Shown here: in pieces, positions 27,682-36,571 of the stretch
Position numbering within the stretch: the first letter of the stretch is position 1
Layout: the number at the start of each line of letters is the position of its first letter
From: a virus
Length of the DNA stretch: 64,000 nucleotides
Strand: one strand, 5' to 3'
IMG/VR virus record: IMGVR_UViG_3300042314_001189
Location: 73,445-137,444 of that record
Position numbers and translations under genes: made by a program
Notes under the pieces: model-generated
The model's input: the letters and a program-made list of their open reading frames with translations, nothing else
What the model was told of the DNA's origin: nothing
Databases searched by the model: none

Positions 27682-28098
27682 ATGACAGTAAACGAAAACA
27701 GTAGTGTTAAAGTACACTACACGGGAAGATTAGAAGATAACACAGTTTTTGATTCATCTGTAGATAGAGAACCGTTAGACGTAAAATTGGGTCTAGGTGT
27801 TTTGATACCTGGATTTGAAAAAGGTCTACAAGGTCTATCTGTTGGTGAAAAAAGAACAATTACAATACCATATACTGAAGCATATGGACCAGTGTTGGAA
27901 GAGAGAAGACAAGAAGTTGAAAAACAATATGTACCAGAAGGCGTACAAGTTGGTCAACAATTAACTGCTCAAGGTCCACAAGGTGAAATGTATGTTACGG
28001 TGGCCGAAGTAAAAGAAAGCACAGTTGTTTTGGATGCCAACCATCCTTTGGCTGGGAAAGACTTAATCTTCGATTTGGAAGTTTTAGAAATTGCCTAA
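27682..28098 (+). CDS. FKBP-type peptidyl-prolyl isomerase (SlyD/FkpB-like)
   Basis: VKVHYTGRLEDNTVFDSS, LIPGFEKGL, EAYG, LDANHPLAGKDLIFDLEV. Confidence 0.95.
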   Translation: MTVNENSSVKVHYTGRLEDNTVFDSSVDREPLDVKLGLGVLIPGFEKGLQGLSVGEKRTITIPYTEAYGPVLEERRQEVEKQYVPEGVQVGQQLTAQGPQGEMYVTVAEVKESTVVLDANHPLAGKDLIFDLEVLEIA

Positions 28099-28191
28099 CT
28101 TAAAAACTAAAAAATTAAAACCCAGAGAAATCTGGGTTTTTTTTATGTCTAAAAATTTGGTAGTTTAAAAAAGTTTTCATACCTTTGTCAT

Positions 28192-29139
28192 ATGAAAAAA
28201 ATAAGTTTAAACAATTTAGGCGGTGAAAATATCACCAACGCTAACAACAGAGATATATTCAATAAGTATTTGGTTGAAGTATCTAAATTTAAACCGTTGA
28301 CTAGAGAAGAAGAATTCGAGTTATTCAAGAGAGTAAATGAAGATGGTGACAAAAATGCGTTGGATAAAGTTTGCAAACATAATTTACGTTTCGTAATAAG
28401 TGTTGCTAAAAAATACGCAACAGTTTTAACTAAATCATCACTAACATTAGAAGACTTGGTTAACGAAGGTAATTTAGGTTTGTGCGTAGCTGCAACTAGG
28501 TTTGATTATAAATCTGGTAACAAGTTTATTTCATATGCTGTTTTTTGGATTAAACAACATATTTTAACATCAATACAAAAAAACGTAAAATCGATTAGGA
28601 TTCCTTTGCATGTTAAAAACGACATAAACAAAATTTTAGAAAAACAACAAGAGTTGGAGCAAATACAAGGTCAATCTGTTTCAACATTAGAAGTGTTTGA
28701 GTCACTCATGGAAACTGGCCAGTTAAATGATAAATATGATATTGGCAGAGTTAATAACATGTTGAACATTAACAATTTTGAAGATAGTTTAAACCGATTT
28801 GTTGGCACCGAAGATAAAACAGAATTATCTGAACTAATCAAAAGTGATTACGCAGAACCAGATTCTGAATTAATAGAAAAAGAACGTAGAGCTTTTGCAT
28901 TAAAAATGATAGAAACTTTACCTTTGATGATAAGACATTATTTTATCGATTACTACGGTCTTTTTGGTCATGATGAGTTGAACATACATGAAATGGCTGA
29001 AAAATATGGGGAGAACGCCCCAACAATTAAAGCAAGGATGAATAAGTATTTAATGTTTTTGGCTCGTAAAAATAAAAACTCTAAAATTTATTTTTTGGGT
29101 GGAAAAAAAGAAAATAAAGACATTATTTATTGTATTTAA
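28192..29139 (+). CDS. sigma70-family RNA polymerase sigma factor
   Basis: PLTREEE, NLRFVISVAKKY, DLVNEGNLGL, RFDYKSGNKFISYAVFWIKQ, IRIP. Confidence 0.9.
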   Translation: MKKISLNNLGGENITNANNRDIFNKYLVEVSKFKPLTREEEFELFKRVNEDGDKNALDKVCKHNLRFVISVAKKYATVLTKSSLTLEDLVNEGNLGLCVAATRFDYKSGNKFISYAVFWIKQHILTSIQKNVKSIRIPLHVKNDINKILEKQQELEQIQGQSVSTLEVFESLMETGQLNDKYDIGRVNNMLNINNFEDSLNRFVGTEDKTELSELIKSDYAEPDSELIEKERRAFALKMIETLPLMIRHYFIDYYGLFGHDELNIHEMAEKYGENAPTIKARMNKYLMFLARKNKNSKIYFLGGKKENKDIIYCI

Positions 29140-29162
29140 TATAAAGTACAAAATGGAAAACG

Positions 29163-30278
29163 ATGAGTGAAAAAAGAATAAAATTTGATATACCGATTCC
29201 AAAAGATATCCAACAAATTAAAGACGTGTTTAAGAAAAACGGCTTTAAACTGTATGTTGTAGGTGGTGCGGTTAGAGATGCGTTATTAGGTAAAACACCA
29301 AAGGACTACGATTTGGCGACAGATGCTGTACCAGATAAAGTAGAAGATATGATGGCAAAAGCTGGTTTTAGAACATTACCAACTGGAAAAGCTTTTGGTG
29401 TGATTAATGTTTTTACCGATATGGGTGAATACGAAATCGCTACGTTTAGAGAAGACTTGTCTGGTGGTAGAAGACCAGACGCTGTTTCGTTTACAGATAT
29501 TGAAGGTGATGTTAAAAGACGTGACCTAACAATAAACGCATTGTTTTATGATATTGACACCCATGAAATAGTTGACCTTGTTGGTGGTGTTGAAGACCTT
29601 AAAAAAGGTGTTGTTAGAACTGTTGGTGCTGCTGAAGATAGATTTGGTGAGGATAGGTTGCGTATATTGAGAGCGATTAGATTTGCTGGTAGGTTTGGTA
29701 GTCAACTAGACCCATCAACAGATGCTGCTCTAATGAAAGACGCTAGTTTAGAAGGAATATCTGGTGAACGCATCCGTGATGAATTTTTAAAAGGTATCGC
29801 ATCAGCAAAATCAGTTAAATCTTTTTTGAAAATGGTTGATAAATACAAATTGTTTGATTGGGTGTTTAATGGTTTAAACGTTGATAAACATTTTGTTGAA
29901 GATAACGACCCAATAATTGTTTTGGCTTGTTTACTAAAACATAACAACCTAGATGGTTTAGGTAAAAAATTGAATGGTTTAAAATACTCTGCTGAAGAAG
30001 TTAAAGGTATAACATTCTTGGTAGCGTTGTTAAAATTATCTGTTGATACAGCAGTTACGCTTAAAAAAGCACAAAAACATTCTGGAGTAACGCCAGAACA
30101 AATTTTGAAGTTTTCAAAGATAGAGGGTATAAACCAAAAACTTATCGATGCTTTTTTAAAGTTTAATTTGACAGTTACTGGCCCAGATGTTATGGATAAA
30201 TTGGGTATAAAACCAGGACCAGAATTAGGTAAAGAAATACAAAGACTTGAAACTGACAACTTTAAAAAAAGTTTATAA
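29163..30278 (+). CDS. cca: CCA-adding tRNA nucleotidyltransferase
   Basis: VGGAVRDALLG..PKDYDLAT, RRDLTINAL, EDRLRILRAIRF, ERIRDE; window tRNA genes nearly all lack encoded CCA. Confidence 0.85.
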   Translation: MSEKRIKFDIPIPKDIQQIKDVFKKNGFKLYVVGGAVRDALLGKTPKDYDLATDAVPDKVEDMMAKAGFRTLPTGKAFGVINVFTDMGEYEIATFREDLSGGRRPDAVSFTDIEGDVKRRDLTINALFYDIDTHEIVDLVGGVEDLKKGVVRTVGAAEDRFGEDRLRILRAIRFAGRFGSQLDPSTDAALMKDASLEGISGERIRDEFLKGIASAKSVKSFLKMVDKYKLFDWVFNGLNVDKHFVEDNDPIIVLACLLKHNNLDGLGKKLNGLKYSAEEVKGITFLVALLKLSVDTAVTLKKAQKHSGVTPEQILKFSKIEGINQKLIDAFLKFNLTVTGPDVMDKLGIKPGPELGKEIQRLETDNFKKSL

Positions 30279-30333
30279 CAATAATATTTATTTTTGTTAA
30301 CATAACATTATATTTTACTTTATTATTTAAAAT

Positions 30334-30714
30334 ATGGGAAAATTTTTAGTCACATTTAATGACACAATCGGTGAAATAGACATAAACGGTTTCGCTATCA
30401 TGACGGATAAAGAGGTTGAGGAATTTGAAGAATTTGCGTACAGTATTACATGGCCTTTTTCTTATAAAATGGGTGATGATGAGTTGGAATACACCAGTGG
30501 TGATGATTTATTAACAAGAATCGAATACAAAGAAATCACCAACGAAGAAGCTAAAGTATTAAAGAAGCTATTCAACGATGAGTATGGTGTTTTTATTGGT
30601 TTAGATTATTTGGAAGAAGTTATTGGCGAGGAAGAAGAGTACGATGACGAAGAGGAAGATGACGACTACGGTTCACCTTACTATGATGACGAAGACTCAG
30701 ATGATAACTATTAA
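30334..30714 (+). CDS. hypothetical acidic protein
   Basis: 126 aa ORF. Confidence 0.6.
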   Translation: MGKFLVTFNDTIGEIDINGFAIMTDKEVEEFEEFAYSITWPFSYKMGDDELEYTSGDDLLTRIEYKEITNEEAKVLKKLFNDEYGVFIGLDYLEEVIGEEEEYDDEEEDDDYGSPYYDDEDSDDNY

Positions 30715-31174
30715 CTATACAAAACAACCAACTGGTAATAGCTGCGGACCAACATGTTTACACATGGCGTTATCTTATTTAGCAAACAAAAACAACGACT
30801 TACCTTTTTATTTTGACATTAAACATACTGTTTTGGAGATATGTGAAATGTGTGGAACCGATTGGGTGGTTGGGACACCACCAGAAAGAATGGAAAAAGG
30901 AATGAAAGCTTTGAATATAAAATATATTGAATACATTTCGTCACCTAGACCATACGACTTAATCAAACAAATCCTAATCAACAAAAACTTACCAATCCTA
31001 AGAACAATAACACAAGGTGTCCCTCATTGGATAATAGTCAAAGGTTTTGACGGTGATTTATTCGATGTGTTAGACCCATGGTTAGGCGAGATTCAATATA
31101 CCAAGAATCAACTAGAGAGTATATGGAAAGTAAGAGATTATCAATTTTTTGAAATAGTGTCATATGAAGATTAA
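30701..31174 (+). CDS. C39-like cysteine peptidase
   Basis: QPTGNSCGPTCLHM, HWIIVKG, DPW. Confidence 0.75.
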   Translation: MITINYTKQPTGNSCGPTCLHMALSYLANKNNDLPFYFDIKHTVLEICEMCGTDWVVGTPPERMEKGMKALNIKYIEYISSPRPYDLIKQILINKNLPILRTITQGVPHWIIVKGFDGDLFDVLDPWLGEIQYTKNQLESIWKVRDYQFFEIVSYED

Positions 31175-31610
31175 ACAAGGAATACCCGAAGAAAGAAGAT
31201 TAGAATCTATTAAGTGGGCTTTTGAAAGTTTCAAACATGTTACAGATAAAGATTATTTTTTTGCCATAATCGCTCATTTAACTATTTGGGATATATCTGC
31301 AATGTTGGTAGATGAAGAAGAGAATATAATGGGACTTTATCTATTAGGTGACAAACAACTAGACTCTTTGGTTCGAGATGAAAAATATTTAGACTTGAAA
31401 GGTCTTGAAGGTGTTTTGTTAGCTGTTGATAAATCAATTAGAGGAATGGGCTGGGGAAACAAACTAAAAGACTATCCAAAAACATTAGGGATTGATTATA
31501 TTTGGGGTCAACAGTTAAAAACCTTGAACAATCTAAACGATTGGTTAAAACGTAGAGAATTAGTTGGTGAAACCAATAGTGTTTATATAACAGCTGAAAT
31601 TTTTAAATAA
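31164..31610 (+). CDS. GNAT-like acetyltransferase
   Basis: LAVDKSIRGMGWGNKL acetyl-CoA motif. Confidence 0.6.
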   Translation: MKIKQGIPEERRLESIKWAFESFKHVTDKDYFFAIIAHLTIWDISAMLVDEEENIMGLYLLGDKQLDSLVRDEKYLDLKGLEGVLLAVDKSIRGMGWGNKLKDYPKTLGIDYIWGQQLKTLNNLNDWLKRRELVGETNSVYITAEIFK

Positions 31611-31642
31611 TTCGATATATTTATAATAAAATAAATCGAATT

Positions 31643-32731
31643 ATGAATAAGAAAAAATTTTTAACAGAATCAGATAGAAAAAAAATTGTATCTGACAAAG
31701 AAAAAGCGATACTAGAAAGTTTTGCAAAAACTTTTAACAAAATCAAACGTATTGACGAAAATGAAGTTGCTGGTATCGAAACCAAACAGTTAGAGAAAAA
31801 AGCTTTTGATTTTGCTAATTCACCAGAAATGGGTCAATTGGTTGATAAAATTTTAGCTAATGCTAAACCAGAAGACTTACAACAAATCAAAAATGCTGTT
31901 GGTTCAGTATCTGAAGGTATGATGTGTGAAAATGATTTTTCTTCATTTTTAAACATTGCACATAAAGCACAATCAGCGTTAAGTGAAGATAACAGCGTTG
32001 GTAGTTTACAAAATAGTGTTGGTAAAGCTCTTTCAACTTTTGGTGTGGTTAATATCATGTCAATGGGTATGTTACCATCATTAGTTGGTATGGCTGTTGA
32101 CCATTTTGGTGGAACAAATTTCTTACAATCATTTAGCGATGCTATTGGTTCTGGTGGTGCAGCTGCTGGTTTATCAGTTATTGGTAGTTTAATTGGTGGT
32201 GGTTTATTATGGAGATTAGGTAAAGCTATTTCTGGTGAAAAAGTAACTGGTGATACGCCATTATTTGAAACGGATATGAACGATGGTAAAACTATTTTAA
32301 AATCAACAGACAAAGATGATTTAAAAGCAGATATTGCTAAAGAAAAAAAAAAACACCCAAATGCAAAAGTTGGGCTCATAACTAAAAATGGTAAAATTTT
32401 TAGTGTTGAAATAACCCACAATAATGTTAATGAGGGTGAAGATTATGAAAAAATAGGTAGAGAAGTTGAATACGGAATTAACCCATATGAAGAAGAATCT
32501 AATGTTAGTTTTGAACCTATGAATAATGATGAAAAAAAAATGTTATCATATGTTTCTAAATATGTTGGTAGTGAATTAGAGCTTAGTGATGAAATGGATA
32601 ATTATAGAAACTTAGGTTATCAAGGTTTTTCTGATAATGTTAAAAACGCATTAAGAAACGATATGGATTATCAAACATGGGTTCAAATGTCACATGATGA
32701 AGATACTTTTAGACGTGAAAGAGGTTTTTAA
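31643..32731 (+). CDS. putative virion protein with hydrophobic Gly-rich segment
   Basis: TATTTATA upstream; LTE/ILE/IDE/LSE/VNE motifs; central hydrophobic helices. Confidence 0.55.
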   Translation: MNKKKFLTESDRKKIVSDKEKAILESFAKTFNKIKRIDENEVAGIETKQLEKKAFDFANSPEMGQLVDKILANAKPEDLQQIKNAVGSVSEGMMCENDFSSFLNIAHKAQSALSEDNSVGSLQNSVGKALSTFGVVNIMSMGMLPSLVGMAVDHFGGTNFLQSFSDAIGSGGAAAGLSVIGSLIGGGLLWRLGKAISGEKVTGDTPLFETDMNDGKTILKSTDKDDLKADIAKEKKKHPNAKVGLITKNGKIFSVEITHNNVNEGEDYEKIGREVEYGINPYEEESNVSFEPMNNDEKKMLSYVSKYVGSELELSDEMDNYRNLGYQGFSDNVKNALRNDMDYQTWVQMSHDEDTFRRERGF

Positions 32732-32835
32732 TAAAAAAAATAAAAAAAACACAAAAAAACTTGACAAAACAAAAAAAAGTTAGTACCTTTGTATAACTTT
32801 TAAATAAGAGAGTATATTTAATAAAAGAAACAAAA

Positions 32836-32934
32836 ATGAGAACAATAAACATACATATGATTTCGATTAGTAATTGGAGACGCAATAGTCACCATACTGG
32901 TCAAGGTATGTTTAATGACATCATAGAATGGTAA
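32836..32934 (+). CDS. attenuator leader peptide 1 (MRTINIHMISISNWRRNSHHTGQGMFNDIIEW)
   Basis: Follows promoter TTGACA 32761 / TACCTTTG 32784; codons 4-20 are all I,N,H,M,S,W,R, matching downstream tRNAs. Confidence 0.85.
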   Translation: MRTINIHMISISNWRRNSHHTGQGMFNDIIEW

Positions 32935-32959
32935 AACATTTTAGATAATATTAACAAAG

Positions 32960-32989
32960 AAGCCTTGACCTAAAATCAAGGCTTTTTTT
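32960..32989 (+). terminator. attenuator terminator 1
   Basis: AAGCCTTGA cctaaaa TCAAGGCTT T-run; 5' arm GCCTTGACC also pairs with GGTCAAGGT (32899-32907) in leader. Confidence 0.85.
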
Positions 32990-33001
32990 ATGCTTATAAC
33001 T

Positions 33002-33193
33002 ATGGGAGAATTAGTAAGACCACTCGGAAAAGTAAAAGTAAAAAAGTTTAACGAAAACTTTGATGAAATAGTTGACGAGTATAAAAATAAAGCAAAAGAA
33101 ATGGGTTACAACGGTGACCTAAGATTTAAAAAAGAAAAAGGTAACATAGTAATTTTTGTTACAATAGATGGTGGCGTTAGCTCAGTTGGTTAG
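33002..33193 (+). CDS. hypothetical protein
   Basis: About 63 aa; stop lies inside tRNA-His gene. Confidence 0.45.
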   Translation: MGELVRPLGKVKVKKFNENFDEIVDEYKNKAKEMGYNGDLRFKKEKGNIVIFVTIDGGVSSVG

Positions 33194-33244
33194 AGTGCTA
33201 GATTGTGATTCTAGAGGTCATGGGTTCGACCCCCATACGTCACC
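33170..33244 (+). tRNA. tRNA-His (GTG)
   Basis: G-1, cloverleaf, loop TTGTGAT. Confidence 0.9.
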
Positions 33245-33278
33245 CAAATAGGTCTTTGATATGTTGGTAAATTAATAC

Positions 33279-33351
33279 ACGGGATTAGCTCAATTGGTAG
33301 AGTAGCGGTCTCCAAAACCGAAGGTTGCAAGTTCGATTCTTGCATCCCGTG
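33279..33351 (+). tRNA. tRNA-Trp (CCA)
   Basis: Cloverleaf, loop CTCCAAA. Confidence 0.9.
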
Positions 33352-33362
33352 CTAAAATATAT

Positions 33363-33445
33363 GGAAGGAGCCCGAATGGACGAGGACACCGCCTTGAAAG
33401 CGGCTGGGTGTAAAAGCTTTGGGGGTTCGATTCCCTCTTCTTCCG
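33363..33445 (+). tRNA. tRNA-Ser (TGA)
   Basis: Long variable arm, loop CTTGAAA, G73. Confidence 0.9.
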
Positions 33446-33516
33446 CTAAAATTAAATTATATGAAAAAAAAATTTGACATGCTTTAAGTTCTGCTAAACA
33501 ACAGACGATAAAGCAA

Positions 33517-33699
33517 ATGAAAAAAGAAACATTAAAAACAACAACAAACCGTAAAGTTTATAAAATGCTTCACCGCAAAGAACTTTATGATGAACAAGGA
33601 TTATGTCACTATTGTGGACCACATTCTGGTTGTAATTCTAATTTTAGACCAAGTTCAAATAGAAATTGGAAAATGTATCGTAAAACACAGTGGAAGTAA
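33517..33699 (+). CDS. small basic Cys/His protein
   Basis: 60 aa, CHYCGPHSGCN, NWKMYRKTQWK. Confidence 0.55.
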   Translation: MKKETLKTTTNRKVYKMLHRKELYDEQGLCHYCGPHSGCNSNFRPSSNRNWKMYRKTQWK

Positions 33700-33710
33700 T
33701 TCCACAATCT

Positions 33711-33784
33711 TGGTACCTAGCTCAACTGGTTAGAGCACTTCGCTGATACCGAAGAGGTTATGGGTTCGAGTCCCGTGGTACCAA
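33711..33784 (+). tRNA. tRNA-Ile (GAT)
   Basis: Cloverleaf, loop CTGATAC. Confidence 0.9.
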
Positions 33785-33791
33785 CAAAAAT

Positions 33792-33910
33792 TGTAGGGTG
33801 GTGAAATTGGCAGACACGCCATCTGGTCTCGATGGTGTCGATTATTATCAACAGAATTATACTTTTTGTTGATAATAATCAACATGTGGGTTCAAATCCT
33901 ACCCCTACAG
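33792..33910 (+). tRNA. atypical tRNA-like RNA with giant variable arm and non-canonical anticodon loop
   Basis: TGTAGGG/CCCTACA acceptor, Leu/Ser-type D loop, CCATC-TGGTCTC-GATGG, about 50-nt variable hairpin, T arm. Confidence 0.65.
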
Positions 33911-33913
33911 CAA

Positions 33914-33987
33914 GGTCCTTTAGCTCAGTTGGTTAGAGCAGCTCGCTCATAACGAGAAGGTCGTAGGTTCGAGTCCTACATGGACCA
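33914..33987 (+). tRNA. tRNA-Ile2/Met (CAT)
   Basis: Cloverleaf, loop CTCATAA; body resembles Ile2 (lysidine) tRNAs. Confidence 0.85.
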
Positions 33988-33993
33988 CAATAT

Positions 33994-34065
33994 TCTTCGG
34001 TAGCTCAGAGGCAGAGCACTCCGCTGTTAACGGATAGGTCGGGATTTCGAAATTCCCCCGAAGAG
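33994..34065 (+). tRNA. tRNA-Asn (GTT)
   Basis: Cloverleaf, loop CTGTTAA, G73. Confidence 0.85.
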
Positions 34066-34075
34066 CAACATATAT

Positions 34076-34147
34076 TCTCCTTTAGCTCAGCGGTAGAGCA
34101 ATCGGCTGTTAACCGATAGGTCCTAGGTTCGAATCCTAGAGGGAGAG
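34076..34147 (+). tRNA. tRNA-Asn (GTT)
   Basis: Cloverleaf, loop CTGTTAA, G73. Confidence 0.9.
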
Positions 34148-34153
34148 CAACAT

Positions 34154-34225
34154 GGCGATATAGTATAATGGTTATTACACTTGGCTCATATCCTTGAGAA
34201 GTAGGTTCAATTCCTTCTATCGCTA
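34154..34225 (+). tRNA. tRNA-Met (CAT), elongator-like
   Basis: GGCGATA/TATCGCT acceptor, loop CTCATAT, weak anticodon stem. Confidence 0.7.
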
Positions 34226-34321
34226 CACAATATCTTTGCTCGCCAAATTGGCGAGCAAATGGCGAGATAAGACAAAAAAGATGAAATTAGGGAGCTTATC
34301 TCGCCAAAATTATGATATTAT

Positions 34322-34396
34322 GCATCCATAGCTCAATTGGATTAGAGCACTCGCCTACGAAGCGAGAGGTTGAAAGTTCGAATCTTTCTGGATGTA
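34322..34396 (+). tRNA. tRNA-Arg (ACG)
   Basis: Cloverleaf, loop CTACGAA. Confidence 0.9.
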
Positions 34397-34401
34397 CATA
34401 T

Positions 34402-34474
34402 GCCCCTATCGTTCAACTGTATAGGACCAGCCCCTTCTAAGGGCTTAATGGGAGTTAGAGTCTCTCTGGGGGTA
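34402..34474 (+). tRNA. tRNA-Arg (TCT)
   Basis: Cloverleaf, loop CTTCTAA. Confidence 0.8.
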
Positions 34475-34479
34475 CAAAT

Positions 34480-34563
34480 GGAGAGTAATGCGGTATGGTT
34501 GCCGTCCTTGTTTGCTAAACAAAGGGTACCTTCGGGTATGGGATTCGATTTCTCTGCTCTCCG
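34480..34563 (+). tRNA. tRNA-Ser (GCT)
   Basis: Variable arm, loop TTGCTAA, G73. Confidence 0.85.
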
Positions 34564-34635
34564 CTTTTTGTTTATATTGTATATATATAATAATTTTTTA
34601 GTATATTTGATAAGTATTTATAATAAAAAAAACAC

Positions 34636-35826
34636 ATGAAAACAAAATTGATATTAGCCTTTGTAATTGCCCTAATAAGTTCCGTTAGAGCGCAAGTTTC
34701 AACAGATTACACATTTTCAGAAACAATTGGAACCTATGCTGCCATAACTAGTGGAACACAACTAGTAACAACAACCGCTGGTGCGACAGCATATGACACC
34801 GATGGTAGTACTATTTCACTACCAACTGCATCATATTTTACTTTTAATAACGTAACAATAACAACTGTCTATATGATGGCAGATGGTTTTTTATGGTTAA
34901 ATCCTGGGGTTACAATGGCCAACGTTAGTGGTACGAATGCTGTTACGGGGCCGATTCCATCTACAAGAGTTGCTGACGGTGTAATATCAGCCATGGGAAT
35001 GGATTTGAGAAGCACATCGTTAGCTGGTCAAGTATATGAAAGAAGATGGTATGACGATGGAATAGAAGTCATTTTTCAATGGCAAAACGCTGCAAGATAT
35101 GTACAAAGTAGTTCTGAAAGATTTTCATTTCAAATAAGAATAAATAAAACAACTGATGTTGTGCGTGTTGTATATGGAAATATGACAACGATTACAACGA
35201 GCACAACTTATCAACCAATGGTTGGTTTAAGAGGTTCAACAAATACAGATTATAATAATAGAAGATTAACAAATTCTATACCCGATTCAACTCCAAACTG
35301 GGGTCAACCAAATGGTACAACTGCTGGTACTTCAAATGCACACACTGTTAGATTTAGAAATAATTGCTTACCAACATCTGGGCTTACATTTGTTTGGACA
35401 CCACCAGTACCGTTGCCGATAGAATTAATATCATTTGAAGGTATAACAAAAAATGGTTATAATCATTTGTTTTGGAAAACAGCTAGTGAATCTAACAATG
35501 ATTATTTCACGATAGAAAAAACGCAAGATGGTATAAACTATAATACTGTTATAAACATAAACGGTGCTGGTAATTCAAACACTACATTAAGTTATGATTA
35601 TATCGATTATAACGTTGACAATACAATAAACTATTATAGGTTAAAACAAACCGACTATGACGGTAAGTATGCGTATTCACATATTATAACTTTAGACAAC
35701 ACTAGGAAAATACTTTTGGTTGTTAGAGTGGTTAATTTATTAGGTCATGATGTTGATATAAACTCAAAAGGTATTGTGATATTGATATATGACGATGGTT
35801 CGGTCAAGAAAATATTTAATGAATAA
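34636..35826 (+). CDS. secreted beta-rich protein of Bacteroidota type
   Basis: Signal peptide; PLPIELISF...WKTASExNNDYFTIEK...YYRLKQTDYDG Ig-like module; C-terminal VNLLG...LIYDDGSVKK. Confidence 0.75.
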   Translation: MKTKLILAFVIALISSVRAQVSTDYTFSETIGTYAAITSGTQLVTTTAGATAYDTDGSTISLPTASYFTFNNVTITTVYMMADGFLWLNPGVTMANVSGTNAVTGPIPSTRVADGVISAMGMDLRSTSLAGQVYERRWYDDGIEVIFQWQNAARYVQSSSERFSFQIRINKTTDVVRVVYGNMTTITTSTTYQPMVGLRGSTNTDYNNRRLTNSIPDSTPNWGQPNGTTAGTSNAHTVRFRNNCLPTSGLTFVWTPPVPLPIELISFEGITKNGYNHLFWKTASESNNDYFTIEKTQDGINYNTVININGAGNSNTTLSYDYIDYNVDNTINYYRLKQTDYDGKYAYSHIITLDNTRKILLVVRVVNLLGHDVDINSKGIVILIYDDGSVKKIFNE

Positions 35827-35849
35827 ACAGATATTTATACTAAAAAGAA

Positions 35850-36521
35850 ATGATGAAAGATTTTATAAAAAAACATGTAAGTGAAGCTATGACGTATAAC
35901 TTGATAGAAGTACTTATGGGTGAAGATTATCCATCAACATTTGATATGGAACATTTTAAAAATCTTAGAAAATACGCTGAAAGGGTTAGATATTGTAATG
36001 AACATTTGAAAAAGATTTCTTCTGGTTCTTCTAGAATAGTTTATATGGTTGATGACACAAAAGTATTAAAATTAGCTAAGAATGAAAAAGGTGTTGCTCA
36101 ATGTGCAACAGAAATACAATGGGGTAATGATAGTTACTATGGTGACGTTTTAGCTAGCACAATCGAATATCACCCAGATGATTTATGGGTTGAAATGGAG
36201 TTGGCTAGAAAAGTTAAAAAATCTGATTTCAAAAGACTTGAGGGTATTAATTTTGATGCGTTTGGTTATTATTTGAAAAACTTTGAGTTTCAAAATAAAG
36301 GAAGAAGAGGTGTGTTTAGTATAGACCCTAAAGAAGAAGAAATTTTAGATGAAAACCAATTTACACAAACTATTTGTAGTTTTATGTCAGATTCTGATTC
36401 ACCAGCTGGTGATTTTATGCGTTTAAACTCATACGGTGTTGTCAACAGAAATGGTGAAGATATTATCGTAATCATAGATTTCGGATTGACACAAAGTGTG
36501 TATGATGAATATTACAGATAA
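35850..36521 (+). CDS. protein kinase-like fold protein
   Basis: SSGSSRIVY, VLKLA, E, GD..LNSYG, IIDFGL. Confidence 0.6.
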   Translation: MMKDFIKKHVSEAMTYNLIEVLMGEDYPSTFDMEHFKNLRKYAERVRYCNEHLKKISSGSSRIVYMVDDTKVLKLAKNEKGVAQCATEIQWGNDSYYGDVLASTIEYHPDDLWVEMELARKVKKSDFKRLEGINFDAFGYYLKNFEFQNKGRRGVFSIDPKEEEILDENQFTQTICSFMSDSDSPAGDFMRLNSYGVVNRNGEDIIVIIDFGLTQSVYDEYYR

Positions 36522-36571
36522 AAAACAATAATAAATTTGTTTTTTATAAAAATTATTCATACCTTTGCTTT

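Noticed and set aside
34235-34310. Palindromic TTGCTCGCCAA/TTGGCGAGCAA and TGGCGAGATAAG/CTTATCTCGCCA hairpins (similar pair at 58938-58987)
   Set aside because: Real inverted repeats, but short and without further copies; probably spacer or processing hairpins, not enough to call a mobile element.
34370-34639. ORF-track ORFs overlapping tRNAs/ncRNAs (also 24578-24763, 62047-62232, 62229-62528, 59462-59671, and 5' extensions at 57913 and 59620)
   Set aside because: They run through clear tRNA or structured-RNA genes and lack protein features.
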